This document shows positions 41,971-51,150 of a stretch of DNA of 64,000 nucleotides, in pieces; positions within the stretch are counted from its first letter, which is position 1; the number at the start of each line of letters is the position of its first letter. Made by a program: the position numbers and the translations under genes. The notes under the pieces are model-generated. The model had not been told where the DNA came from, ran no database searches, and was given only the letters and a program-made list of their open reading frames with translations. Source of the DNA: a virus; IMG/VR virus record IMGVR_UViG_3300033146_005596, positions 32,001 through 96,000 of that record. The stretch is one strand, 5' to 3'.

Positions 41971-42978
41971 CTAAACTCCTTGTCCATGTTCTAAAGACTT
42001 ACTATTTTGAATAAAAGAATATAAGTTATCTTCTTTATCTAGGTAATTGAGGTAGTCCTCCATCTTAACAGAATAGCTAAGTCCTGTCCTGCAATTATAA
42101 ACAACAGGTTTTGTATAAATAACTCTGGAGCAAGTGAACCTATAATATAAGCATACTAGCTCGCTGTCAGAAACTTCAATACCCGGCTCATTTTTGTTTG
42201 TTTTGTAGTATAGTAACTTGTTCTCTGGAATATACTTTAATGTAGAAACATCTGATATATCTCCAGCTTTTAACTCTACTCCAACAAACCTTCTAAAAGT
42301 GGACTTAAATATCCAAGGGTGATAGTTTCCTTGAAACATGTTAGACGTTACATCTAAGCCCTCTTTAAAGTATTCTTTTGCTAGGTCAAACTCTTCTTGA
42401 GTATATGTTTCTTCTATAATCCCTTGTACTTCCTGGCTAATATTTTCTGAATTATGGAGTAGGCTGTCTTGGCTTGGCCATAAGTTGGTACCTTCTCTTA
42501 TGCAAATAGCCTCTGCTAAAATAGCTAATTTATCCTGAGTATCAAACTTTGATTTTAAATGCTCAAAAGCAAATGACCAGTCTTCAGCTCTTCTTCTGAG
42601 CTCCTCAAGAGATAAAGAAACAGATTCTAGTATTCTATCAGTTGATATTATAAAATCATTTTCTACTTTAGCAAGACTAAAAGGGTAGTCACTAAATAAA
42701 AAAACATTTTGCTTATAGTCTTCATCTTCGGTGCTTGGAGTGTCTGAATCTTGGTACCAGTATCTCGACCCATCTAAATCATCATCTAGGTTAAAGACTA
42801 AAATAGAATTATTCAAGTCTCCCATTATATTGTCAATAGCATTCTGAGTAGTAGTCCATAAAACTTTGTTTTTTTCTATTGGCTCATTAGCTTTTTTGTA
42901 CCAGCTACAAGCTTCAACATCTTTAAGATAGCCTTTAGCTATCTTCCTATACTTTTTTATAGCAGCTTCTCTAAGCAT
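41971..42978 (-). CDS. hypothetical protein, paralog of 40617..41627
   Basis: FDTQDKLAILAEAICIR and VSDSELVCL shared motifs. Confidence 0.65.
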   Translation of the reverse strand: MLREAAIKKYRKIAKGYLKDVEACSWYKKANEPIEKNKVLWTTTQNAIDNIMGDLNNSILVFNLDDDLDGSRYWYQDSDTPSTEDEDYKQNVFLFSDYPFSLAKVENDFIISTDRILESVSLSLEELRRRAEDWSFAFEHLKSKFDTQDKLAILAEAICIREGTNLWPSQDSLLHNSENISQEVQGIIEETYTQEEFDLAKEYFKEGLDVTSNMFQGNYHPWIFKSTFRRFVGVELKAGDISDVSTLKYIPENKLLYYKTNKNEPGIEVSDSELVCLYYRFTCSRVIYTKPVVYNCRTGLSYSVKMEDYLNYLDKEDNLYSFIQNSKSLEHGQGV

Positions 42979-43252
42979 CTACTTGGCTCCTTTTAACATC
43001 AAACCCCCAACCTTGGTACCGACGAAAGTCAGAACAAATCTTTGTTTTAAAGACAGGCTTTTTAGTTAGCGTACAAACCTTGCTCTTTTTACCATATTCA
43101 CAATTACTGCAGTTTGCTTTAATATAGCTATTACAAGTAGTTGCTCGGTCTTGATTACTAAAATAGACATAGCAAAACTTTTCATAAGCAGTACCAATTC
43201 CATCTTCTTCTTTTCTAAAAGCCCTATAAAAACAGCTATCACATTTACTCAT
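42971..43252 (-). CDS. small Cys-rich protein
   Basis: two CxxC...C...C units. Confidence 0.55.
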   Translation of the reverse strand: MSKCDSCFYRAFRKEEDGIGTAYEKFCYVYFSNQDRATTCNSYIKANCSNCEYGKKSKVCTLTKKPVFKTKICSDFRRYQGWGFDVKRSQVDA

Positions 43253-43643
43253 TGTCTTTTTCTCCTAATATCATACATATGCTCCAGTACTCATGCTGAT
43301 TAACTGCTCAAATTCCCTCAGCTAAAGCCACTAAAACATGAAACATACCAATAAAAACTCCTACTATCAAAGTAGAGCTTGCTAGTAACCAAGCCATTTG
43401 TCTTGCATTAATAGCCTCATTCTGGTCGTCCTTATAAACTTCTTTAAAATAATCTCTAATTCTCATCATTTCCTTAGCTTCTCCTATTAAGTGATTAACG
43501 AACTCAAGGTTCCTTACATATAATATAACGAAGCCGTGTGATTATGCGTATAAATAATATTATCTTTATTATAAAATAATAAAACAACTTATTATATAGA
43601 AGAAAGTATGGTATTTGGTACCAACTTGGTGAGGTAAAATCTG

Positions 43644-44204
43644 ATGGAAAGAATTAAATTTTTAGAGGCTCTAAACGAGTCAGGTATAGCAAAGCAAACT
43701 ATTAAGCAAATCCTAAGGGAAATGGATGCTGTTGAGTTATCTGATAAGAACCCAGAAACAACAAATAAAATGGGGCCCCAACCTAATGAGAAATGGCAAG
43801 CTCAGGGTAATGCTTCAGAAGATACTAAAAAGAAAGGTTTGGAAATACTTTATATATTAAGCCAAGCAGTTAGTAATCCTAAGTACACCATTGCACCTCA
43901 GTTTAGAAATTATAATTTCGGGCCATCTGATACTTCTAATCTGGACTTTAAAGGACCATTCTCTATATATGATGATTCTTCTATGAGCCGAGACAATTCT
44001 ATTGGTGGTTTATATTTACTGACCCCAGATGAAAGCCGTAGTGGTAACCTTATGCTAGTTTACAAAAGCACAAATACTAAGATGTGGAAATTTGCAGAAA
44101 TAGAAAAGAGCTATATACAGCTATTCAATAAAACTCGAATAACAAATCATCAGCTCTTAGTCTATTTAAGAGACCCCGGTAAATGGAGCCCAATTATTAG
44201 TTAG
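43644..44204 (+). CDS. hypothetical protein (possible processed head protein)
   Basis: lone + strand gene with ACTTATTA motif and GAGGT RBS; FLE/LNE/LRE N-terminal motifs. Confidence 0.55.
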   Translation: MERIKFLEALNESGIAKQTIKQILREMDAVELSDKNPETTNKMGPQPNEKWQAQGNASEDTKKKGLEILYILSQAVSNPKYTIAPQFRNYNFGPSDTSNLDFKGPFSIYDDSSMSRDNSIGGLYLLTPDESRSGNLMLVYKSTNTKMWKFAEIEKSYIQLFNKTRITNHQLLVYLRDPGKWSPIIS

Positions 44205-44483
44205 ATTCTTTATGGTCTTCTACATTCTGGGCTGCTAGTAGAGCATATATGGTATCAATAATACTGGTACCATTTTCTCTGCATTCTTTTAAAATATCAT
44301 CTGTAATCTCAGTCCCTTTTACTGGGTCTATATTCATTATATTCATTTCTTTTATCCTTATTTTATAGTATAACCATTGGTTATTATATTGTTGATTCCA
44401 AAAGTAGCCAGATTAAACCACTACGCAACAATGAGTAATTTACTCATTGTTGCTACCTTTTCATTCCTATACCACTTTGTCAG

Positions 44484-44726
44484 TCAATTTTTTCTTAACC
44501 TATTCGCTCTTTTTTTAAATTGTCGAACAGTTAATACTTTGTCATATCTTTTGTTAATAGTAGGCTTTTCTGTATAAAACAAACTATGTTCTAATTCTTT
44601 ATCATATTTTGATATTAAAGTGTGATGTTTACTAAATGAGTTTCTTATTGGCATTTTGATAAAAGTAGAATATCCACAGCCTACATTTTCCAAACAAACA
44701 CTTCCTATATAGTTATATTTTCTCAT
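44484..44726 (-). CDS. hypothetical protein
   Basis: 80-aa ORF in accessory operon. Confidence 0.5.
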   Translation of the reverse strand: MRKYNYIGSVCLENVGCGYSTFIKMPIRNSFSKHHTLISKYDKELEHSLFYTEKPTINKRYDKVLTVRQFKKRANRLRKN

Positions 44727-44730
44727 AAAC

Positions 44731-45120
44731 TTATTTCTCCCCTTCAGTCTCTGTTAGACTTTTTATAAACTCTGCAATATCTTGAATGCTATTATCTGTA
44801 TTTTCTAAAATTGAGTTTGGTGAGAAATTACTATCTTCGTGAGTTAAATTATAATTATCTACTTCCTTAGCAATAATATAAGTACCTACTATTTTTTGTG
44901 AAGGATATAAAGCTGTACAAACAGTAATAAAGCTTAAAATTATTAAAGCACTAACAAGTTTTATTTTAAATGATTTAGTCTTAACTCCTTTTGTACTACT
45001 TTCTGCTATTATACTTAAATAAATAATCGAACTTCCAATAAAGATAAAAAGTGATGATACTAATATTAATCCAATACTATCAATAACCCACAACCAAAAT
45101 ACCACATCTGAATAACCCAT
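44731..45120 (-). CDS. membrane protein
   Basis: two hydrophobic segments, AGGAG RBS. Confidence 0.55.
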   Translation of the reverse strand: MGYSDVVFWLWVIDSIGLILVSSLFIFIGSSIIYLSIIAESSTKGVKTKSFKIKLVSALIILSFITVCTALYPSQKIVGTYIIAKEVDNYNLTHEDSNFSPNSILENTDNSIQDIAEFIKSLTETEGEK

Positions 45121-45192
45121 CTATAACTCCTTTATAATAAAAACACTACAACAGCCCAAATAACTATTGTGATTATCAAGCCTAACATAAAA

Positions 45193-45579
45193 CTAAACAT
45201 TAGCACCCTCTTCACTAACTTCTATCTCGAAGAATTGCTTATTGCCGTTTTCATCAAAGTAAAAACCTACTTCTTCCAACTCTTCTAGTGTGTATAAATT
45301 CTTTAAATTATTTCCACCATTAAAACAGTTATTAGTTATAATATGCACTACTTTTTCTGGTAGACTCATAGGCTTAGTTTTAATATATTTCCTCATTTCA
45401 AATCGCACAGTTTGGAACGTGCCACCATTGAAAAAGTCTTCTAATGAAAATGGTGCAATAGTTACAACTGCACCATTTTTAGCTTCTCTAATAACTATTC
45501 GTCTTATCCATTGCGACCCCATATTATCTTTAACATACATCTCTTCGTACTTAATTCCATTAGCTATGCCTTTATGCAT
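45193..45579 (-). CDS. hypothetical protein, paralog of 46454..46825
   Basis: NGIKYEEMYVKD...W.RRIVI...KNG..V...RFEM.K.IKT.PM. Confidence 0.65.
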   Translation of the reverse strand: MHKGIANGIKYEEMYVKDNMGSQWIRRIVIREAKNGAVVTIAPFSLEDFFNGGTFQTVRFEMRKYIKTKPMSLPEKVVHIITNNCFNGGNNLKNLYTLEELEEVGFYFDENGNKQFFEIEVSEEGANV

Positions 45580-46090
45580 TAGTATCCTCCATTAAAAAAT
45601 AATCATCTCTATGAACCTCATACGTTATTTCATTTAAAAGTTTTCCTCTAAATAAATACTCATCTCTAAATACAAAACGAGTATATTTAATATTTGACAA
45701 TAATTTATCATACAATCTAACTGCTCTTTTATTATTAGCGATAACTGAAAAATCAAGTTTGTTAATTTCCTCTTCCTTAAATTGATATTCAAACCAACTC
45801 TTCAAAGATTTTACAAAAATCAATTGTTCACTAAATGTTTTAGCAAATGATAGTAAATTGAGATTGCAAATTGCATTAAGGTTATTGTTGTAATTATATG
45901 TAATCATTCCTACTATTCTATTTGTATCAGGCATATAAAGCTCTATAAGTGACATATAGCCTTTATCTAGACCTTTCTCAATAGCTTTTAAGTACTGAAT
46001 TGGGGTTTTACCTAGTGTTAAATATTCACTAGCTTCTAGATAAGGAATCATTTGCTCTTGATTATTTAAGTGACACTGCTTTCTAAACAT
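45572..46090 (-). CDS. GNAT (RimJ/RimL-like) acetyltransferase
   Basis: IVGMITY; F....INKLDFSVIANNKRAVRLYDKL; R.....GKLLN...Y. Confidence 0.6.
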   Translation of the reverse strand: MFRKQCHLNNQEQMIPYLEASEYLTLGKTPIQYLKAIEKGLDKGYMSLIELYMPDTNRIVGMITYNYNNNLNAICNLNLLSFAKTFSEQLIFVKSLKSWFEYQFKEEEINKLDFSVIANNKRAVRLYDKLLSNIKYTRFVFRDEYLFRGKLLNEITYEVHRDDYFLMEDTNA

Positions 46091-46156
46091 GATTTATCAC
46101 CAGCATACGAATCAACACAACAATCTCTTCATATTTAATATCATCAACTATACGCA

Positions 46157-46450
46157 TTAGCCTCTTCCCTTATTTTTAGTTTTATTGCTAGGTAAAACTA
46201 CTTCTACCCAATCTTCTGCAAATAACTCTTTGTTAGTAGGTGTATAAGCACTTACTTTCTCTGTTCTTTTGTCAATCAATTCTAAAATAGGTTCTGGTCT
46301 AGAAGTCCATGCTATGTCTTTATAAAATTGTACCCTAATATATTGTTTATTTTCCCAGGACTTTCTAGCTAGTTTAGTGCCTCCTAGCAATAATAAAATC
46401 CCTACACCAAAAGAAAATCCTATTTTGTTTCTAGCTTCACCCTTCTGCAT
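46157..46450 (-). CDS. DUF2829 / Tad2-like anti-defence sponge protein
   Basis: FSFGVGILLLLGGTKLARKSWENK...YTPTNKELFAEDWVEV matches the DUF2829 pattern (F..A...LK.G.K.AR.GW...W.P...D.LA.DW). Confidence 0.7.
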   Translation of the reverse strand: MQKGEARNKIGFSFGVGILLLLGGTKLARKSWENKQYIRVQFYKDIAWTSRPEPILELIDKRTEKVSAYTPTNKELFAEDWVEVVLPSNKTKNKGRG

Positions 46451-46453
46451 TAG

Positions 46454-46825
46454 TTAGTCCTCCTCTATTTCAAATTTATATTTATTTCCCTGTTTGTCAT
46501 AAACTGTATCTAAGTGTAACACTTCATTTAAAGTATGAAAATCGTTCACCAAATCCCCATTAACAGTGAAATAAAATCCGCTAAGCAAAAACTCAATCTT
46601 TTCTACTGTCGTCATTGGACGCGTTTTAATTGGTTTACTCATTTCAAATCGTGTAGTATCAAATACAAAACCGTTTAAAAAATCATCTTCGTACTCTACT
46701 ACGATTGCAACAGCCTTACCATTTTTTGACTTTAATATAACAAGTCTCTTTTGCCATGGATGAGTTATTTCGTCTCGAACCCACATTTTTTCATAGTTAA
46801 TTCCATTTACTTCACCTTTTTTCAT
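46454..46825 (-). CDS. hypothetical protein, paralog of 45193..45579
   Basis: class A promoter at 46847-46875; shared motifs. Confidence 0.65.
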   Translation of the reverse strand: MKKGEVNGINYEKMWVRDEITHPWQKRLVILKSKNGKAVAIVVEYEDDFLNGFVFDTTRFEMSKPIKTRPMTTVEKIEFLLSGFYFTVNGDLVNDFHTLNEVLHLDTVYDKQGNKYKFEIEED

Positions 46826-46911
46826 TTTTTAGCTCCTTACATATATAATATAACGTAATTCTCAAAAATTGTGTAAAACAAATTTTATTATTGATGCAAA
46901 TTGCTTTAGAG

Positions 46912-47150
46912 CTAGCCAAAAACATTGTTGGTACCAGCTTTCCACCTGGTAATGTCTTGATTAAATATTGAATTACAAAACATATAACTCATATTTTTAA
47001 CATTAGAGACATCCCAGTTTGAAAGGTCTTGATTAAATTGTGAATGAGCAAACATATAGCTCATATCAGTAATTCCAGATACATCAACATCAGATACATT
47101 TTCTCCGTTTTTATCATTTCTTTTAATTCTTTTCTTGTTATCTTAGTCAT
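46912..47150 (-). pseudogene. frameshifted, truncated BspA/DUF285-type repeat gene
   Basis: [14 protein letters not shown], then a frameshift in an A-run, then [48 protein letters not shown]. Confidence 0.7.
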
Positions 47151-47177
47151 TGGGCGTACCTACTACTCCAGCTATTT

Positions 47178-48260
47178 TCATTTATTATCTTTTTCTTTTT
47201 TATTAAACCAAATCTCATAGCTTCTACTTTTAATCTTAGCTGATATATCTGGAGAGCTATACCCCCTTATTACAATACCTTCTCGCTTTACTTTACTATT
47301 CAATAAAGAAGTACCTTCAGAATACTCCAGTAGCTCCTTGACTGAGTTTCCAAGCTTGGAAAGGCTAGTACACTCTTTTAATATTGGTACATAAGATAAT
47401 CCTGTTTCTAAAAAAAAGCTGGTCATTTTCTCAAAGCCCAAATCCTTTTCTGTATCTAAGTTCCTAACATTATACACAAAAAAAGCTAATATATCAAGAT
47501 TATAAATATTTTTCTGAATACCAGGCCCAACAATCTCACCTTGGACCGCAATATTAAAACCGTGCTTTTTTTTATATTTTTTTAACACCTTGTTTAGTTG
47601 GTACTGTTCAGCTACTCGGTACCAGTTATTACTCTTGTCTAACCTCCGTGTATTATGGCTAAAAACTTTAAACTTCTTACCTTCTAAGGAGTAAGCGGCC
47701 GCTTGACCTTCCAACTTTTCAGTAACAGAAAAAAGTATATTTTCCTTTTTGAGTCTATCATAACAAACCTGAATATTAGTCTCGCCGCTTTTTTTAATAT
47801 TAGCTGGATAGGCAAAATCAATAGGGCCTATGAGTTTTATTCTCAATTTCTGGAAAAAGTTTAATTTAGTAGTGTCCGTTTGTGCAGTCTTTTGCTCATA
47901 TCTTTTAATTTCTAAAATATCAGCAACTTTTAAGCCTTCAACTCTATTCTTAGCAAGAAGAGTTTTAGGTAAAATGTCTAAGCTGAATACAATTCCTTGA
48001 GAAAATAATCCTCGCATTTTCATATTCCGAATCCTAAAACCTTTTACTCGACTGTTATAGCACCTCGACCTTAAGAACTCAAACTTAGGCTTTTCTGGTA
48101 ATACTGTATCATATTCAATATAAACACACAGGTCCCCAGCTTTGAAATCATCTTTTTTTACAATGACATCCCAGCCAAGAACATGTGCTAATTCGATATT
48201 ATCACAGCCTTTAATTGGCTCTATACTTTTAATCTTTTGAATGCTTGCTAAATCTCGCAT
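47178..48260 (-). CDS. RNA ligase, DRB0094/Rnl5 family
   Basis: N-terminal LASIQKI...I.GCDNIE...V.GW.VIVKK..F..GDLCVYIE.D; TEKLEG, QGEIVGPGIQKN, REGIV. Confidence 0.88.
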   Translation of the reverse strand: MRDLASIQKIKSIEPIKGCDNIELAHVLGWDVIVKKDDFKAGDLCVYIEYDTVLPEKPKFEFLRSRCYNSRVKGFRIRNMKMRGLFSQGIVFSLDILPKTLLAKNRVEGLKVADILEIKRYEQKTAQTDTTKLNFFQKLRIKLIGPIDFAYPANIKKSGETNIQVCYDRLKKENILFSVTEKLEGQAAAYSLEGKKFKVFSHNTRRLDKSNNWYRVAEQYQLNKVLKKYKKKHGFNIAVQGEIVGPGIQKNIYNLDILAFFVYNVRNLDTEKDLGFEKMTSFFLETGLSYVPILKECTSLSKLGNSVKELLEYSEGTSLLNSKVKREGIVIRGYSSPDISAKIKSRSYEIWFNKKEKDNK

Positions 48261-48287
48261 GTTTACTTCTCCCCTTGTATATAATAC

Positions 48288-48545
48288 TTATTCTTCATTA
48301 ATAAGTATACTATCCCATCTTTCAGAAGTTCGATACCACTTAGCATATTTATCTAAGGCTTTTCCAGTTCTTGCATCAAACTTAGGCCCAAAATCAAATG
48401 CTCCAAAGATTAAGCAATCTTGCGGGCAATCATCAAACACTTCTTGGCTATCCACTGCAGAACCTTCTCCAGCATTTTGTCTATACTCTTGTAGTAGTTC
48501 TTGGTCTGCTAAAAACGCTACAAACTCTTCTCTTGTCTTTTCCAT
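48288..48545 (-). CDS. hypothetical protein
   Basis: CTTATTATAATA promoter and AAGGAG RBS upstream. Confidence 0.55.
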   Translation of the reverse strand: MEKTREEFVAFLADQELLQEYRQNAGEGSAVDSQEVFDDCPQDCLIFGAFDFGPKFDARTGKALDKYAKWYRTSERWDSILINEE

Positions 48546-48608
48546 ATTTTATTATCTCCTTATATTATTATAATAAGGTGAAAGTAGACCTTTCTTACAA
48601 AAATAAAT

Positions 48609-48643
48609 AAAAAAAACAGTCTTTTTAATTAAAGACTGTTTTT
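48609..48643. terminator. bidirectional terminator
   Basis: AAAAACAGTCTTT...AAAGACTGTTTTT. Confidence 0.7.
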
Positions 48644-48687
48644 GGTAATTGGTACCAACAATTTTAATCTTACTATGAAAAAGAGCT

Positions 48688-48825
48688 CTAGTCCTTGCCA
48701 CAGTAGACATATTTACTTGTCAGCTTTATACAAAGCTCACAGTTGACACAATTTATTTTCTTTTCCAATGGGCACTCCTTCGGTGCTTGATTCTTAAAAA
48801 CTCTTAAGTGCTTATCTGCCTTCAT
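48688..48825 (-). CDS. small Cys-rich protein (45 aa, not in ORF track)
   Basis: GGAGGT RBS; MKADKHLRVF...ECPLEKKINCVNCELC...YCGKD*. Confidence 0.5.
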   Translation of the reverse strand: MKADKHLRVFKNQAPKECPLEKKINCVNCELCIKLTSKYVYCGKD

Positions 48826-49049
48826 TTACCTCCCCTTCCTCTTCTTATAATTGAAATAATCATTAAGGTAACTCCTATTATAAGCATTAAACTAGAATAG
48901 ATAGCAAAAACTAATAATGGGAAGATGCTTATAATCCACCAACTTACAAAAATTAAGCCAAATAGCTTAAGTCCTATAAGAGTAAACCACGCTCCATAAA
49001 ATACCAGGCCTTCTAAATTTGTGTTTAACCATTTAATAAACTTTTTCAT
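48822..49049 (-). CDS. small membrane protein
   Basis: LKLFGLI..SWW.I..P hydrophobic pattern. Confidence 0.55.
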   Translation of the reverse strand: MKKFIKWLNTNLEGLVFYGAWFTLIGLKLFGLIFVSWWIISIFPLLVFAIYSSLMLIIGVTLMIISIIRRGRGGK

Positions 49050-49054
49050 AAACT

Positions 49055-50185
49055 CTACCCCTTTATATTATAAACAGATTTCCAGATTTCAATATCTGAT
49101 ATATTACCAGATAGTTCTTTAATCACAATATCAGCGTCTTTGTAAGCCCTAGGACTTTCATCTAGCCTCTTCTCATCTATACAAGAGCTCCAAATGTCTT
49201 TAGTATCCTCCTTAAACTCTTCCATTGCTAGTGTCTTTTTAGCTTGTGTTCTTGAGAAATTACGGCCAAGCCCATGAGGAGCTGAACTGTTCCAATCAGT
49301 TTTTCCTCTTCCATACCCAACCAAAACACCTAAACCCATATTTAAAGGTATAATAACCTTTTCTAGCTTATGAGCAGATATAGCCCCCTTCCTAAGTATA
49401 TTATCCTCAAAATCAATATAATTATGAACTGATGAAAAAGTCTGCATTCCATTCCTATTAAAAAACTCAAATATAATAGTAGAATAAATCAAGGACCGAC
49501 TAGTCTCTGCATACTCTTGAGCTATTTTCATGTGGTCAAAATATTTCTTAGCAGCTTTTCCATCTAAGTACTCTAAGCCTTTTTCTGCGTCTTTACAAGT
49601 ATCCTCTGCTATTTTCTGGTGATAATCACAAATGTCTTTTCCAAACTTTCTAGAGCCAGTATGAACCACTAGGTAATGCTCATTGTTTTTATCTTTAACA
49701 ATTTCAATAAAGTGATTACCACCTCCCAGGGTACCAATAGAGTTCTTGTACCTTTTTATGGAGTCTTCTTGACCTATTTCTTTAGCTACTTTTTCTATTT
49801 TCTTTAACAGACCCACTAAATTATTTCTTTCAAGAACTTTATCCAGATTTTGATGTATGTTAAATCCAACTGGAGTCCTTTCTCTTATAAACTTGTCAAG
49901 CCTTTCAAAAGTTGTTGCATCCAAGTTGTTCAAACCATCAATAGACGTACAAGAAACGCCACAGCCAATGTCTACACCAATTAAATTTGGTATTACTTTT
50001 GAGCCCAACTCCATTGTTAACCCAATAGGACCAGCAGCTCCAAAGTGGTTATCTGGCATTATTCTAACTTTCTTACCTTTTGAAACAGGAGAAACCATAA
50101 TAGATTTAACTTGTTCTGCTACGTTATCAGGTACTTCATTACAAAATATTTTAGCGGTACCGAATTTTCCTTTTATTTCTTCCAT
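49055..50185 (-). CDS. rtcB: RtcB RNA 3'-phosphate/5'-OH ligase
   Basis: MPDNH.G..PIG, GVDIGCG, LGGGNHFIE, HTGSR, HNY, RKGA, SAPHG.GR, DESPRAYK. Confidence 0.93.
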   Translation of the reverse strand: MEEIKGKFGTAKIFCNEVPDNVAEQVKSIMVSPVSKGKKVRIMPDNHFGAAGPIGLTMELGSKVIPNLIGVDIGCGVSCTSIDGLNNLDATTFERLDKFIRERTPVGFNIHQNLDKVLERNNLVGLLKKIEKVAKEIGQEDSIKRYKNSIGTLGGGNHFIEIVKDKNNEHYLVVHTGSRKFGKDICDYHQKIAEDTCKDAEKGLEYLDGKAAKKYFDHMKIAQEYAETSRSLIYSTIIFEFFNRNGMQTFSSVHNYIDFEDNILRKGAISAHKLEKVIIPLNMGLGVLVGYGRGKTDWNSSAPHGLGRNFSRTQAKKTLAMEEFKEDTKDIWSSCIDEKRLDESPRAYKDADIVIKELSGNISDIEIWKSVYNIKG

Positions 50186-50229
50186 ACTTTAACTCCTATT
50201 TTTAGTATTCTTTTTATCTGGTCTAATTG

Positions 50230-50334
50230 TGGACCTGTCGGGATTTGCACCCGAGTCTTATAACAACTTGGCTTTTCTTTCTAGTGCAGTTATTTCACCT
50301 CAGGCATTGTTACAATCGATACTAGTTCAGGCCC
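50230..50334 (-). ncRNA. ssrA: minimal tmRNA (tRNA-like domain + very short mRNA-like segment)
   Basis: acceptor GGGCCUG/CAGGUCC-A with G3.U70; unpaired D-loop ending UCGA; helix UUGUAACAA/UUGUUAUAA; GAC + T-arm UCGGG-UGCAAAU-CCCGA; AUAACU-GCA resume-like motif. Confidence 0.8.
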
Positions 50335-50342
50335 TATTCTCT

Positions 50343-51062
50343 TTATTCTAAATCAAAGAACTCATTCCATAAACAAATGGACTTCTTATCCTTTGAAATA
50401 TAATCTTCGTGAAAATGGCCAAAAAGCCATTTATCAAACTTAACTTTCCCAGCAATCATACCAAAATATTCTCTGATACAACGCTCATCAGAATCAGTTT
50501 TATAATTAAATAACCCTTCTCTGTTCATCTCCTCAAACAAACTACTAGAACAAGTATGTGTTACTATAACATCAACTTTGTTTCTTCGCTTTTTAAGAGC
50601 AGCTAAGCCTTTACTAAATTCTCGGACAGTTGGAATCTCTTCCTTCCACCAAGAAACATAAGGAATTCTATTACCTTTATCAAATGAATTAGCACCACCA
50701 AATGTAAATATTTTCTTCCTTTCTATCGTATATGTCTCACCTCTTAACAGATGATAAACATTAGTATCAACAACGCCAACAGTCCCTTTATACTTCTTTT
50801 CTCTGGGTAATTTATTTAATAGCTCAAAGTTTTCATGATTTCCATCTACAAAACAAATAACTCCATAAAACTCGGCATACTGTCTGAACTCTCTTTCTAT
50901 TTTTTCTTTAGCTGCTTCAATATCTGCATCCCAGACAAAGCCAAAATCTCCAGCTACTATAACAATATCTTCTTTTTTTAGACCTTTAAACTTATCCAAG
51001 TCTGATTTACTGATACAGCCATGGGTATCTCCAATAATTCTAATCATTTTCTGTACCTCCAT
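50343..51062 (-). CDS. calcineurin-like metallophosphoesterase
   Basis: GDTHG, GDFG, DGNHEN, GGA.S.D, VTHT, FGHFH. Confidence 0.88.
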   Translation of the reverse strand: MEVQKMIRIIGDTHGCISKSDLDKFKGLKKEDIVIVAGDFGFVWDADIEAAKEKIEREFRQYAEFYGVICFVDGNHENFELLNKLPREKKYKGTVGVVDTNVYHLLRGETYTIERKKIFTFGGANSFDKGNRIPYVSWWKEEIPTVREFSKGLAALKKRRNKVDVIVTHTCSSSLFEEMNREGLFNYKTDSDERCIREYFGMIAGKVKFDKWLFGHFHEDYISKDKKSICLWNEFFDLE

Positions 51063-51128
51063 ATACTATTATAATAAGCAACTTTATGGTATTTCTTATA
51101 AAATATTTTAAAAAATTACCATAAAAAT

Positions 51129-51150
51129 AGTCGGTACTTAGGTACCGACT
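51129..51150 (-). terminator. hairpin downstream of the tRNA cluster
   Basis: AGTCGGTAC-TTAG-GTACCGACT. Confidence 0.55.
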
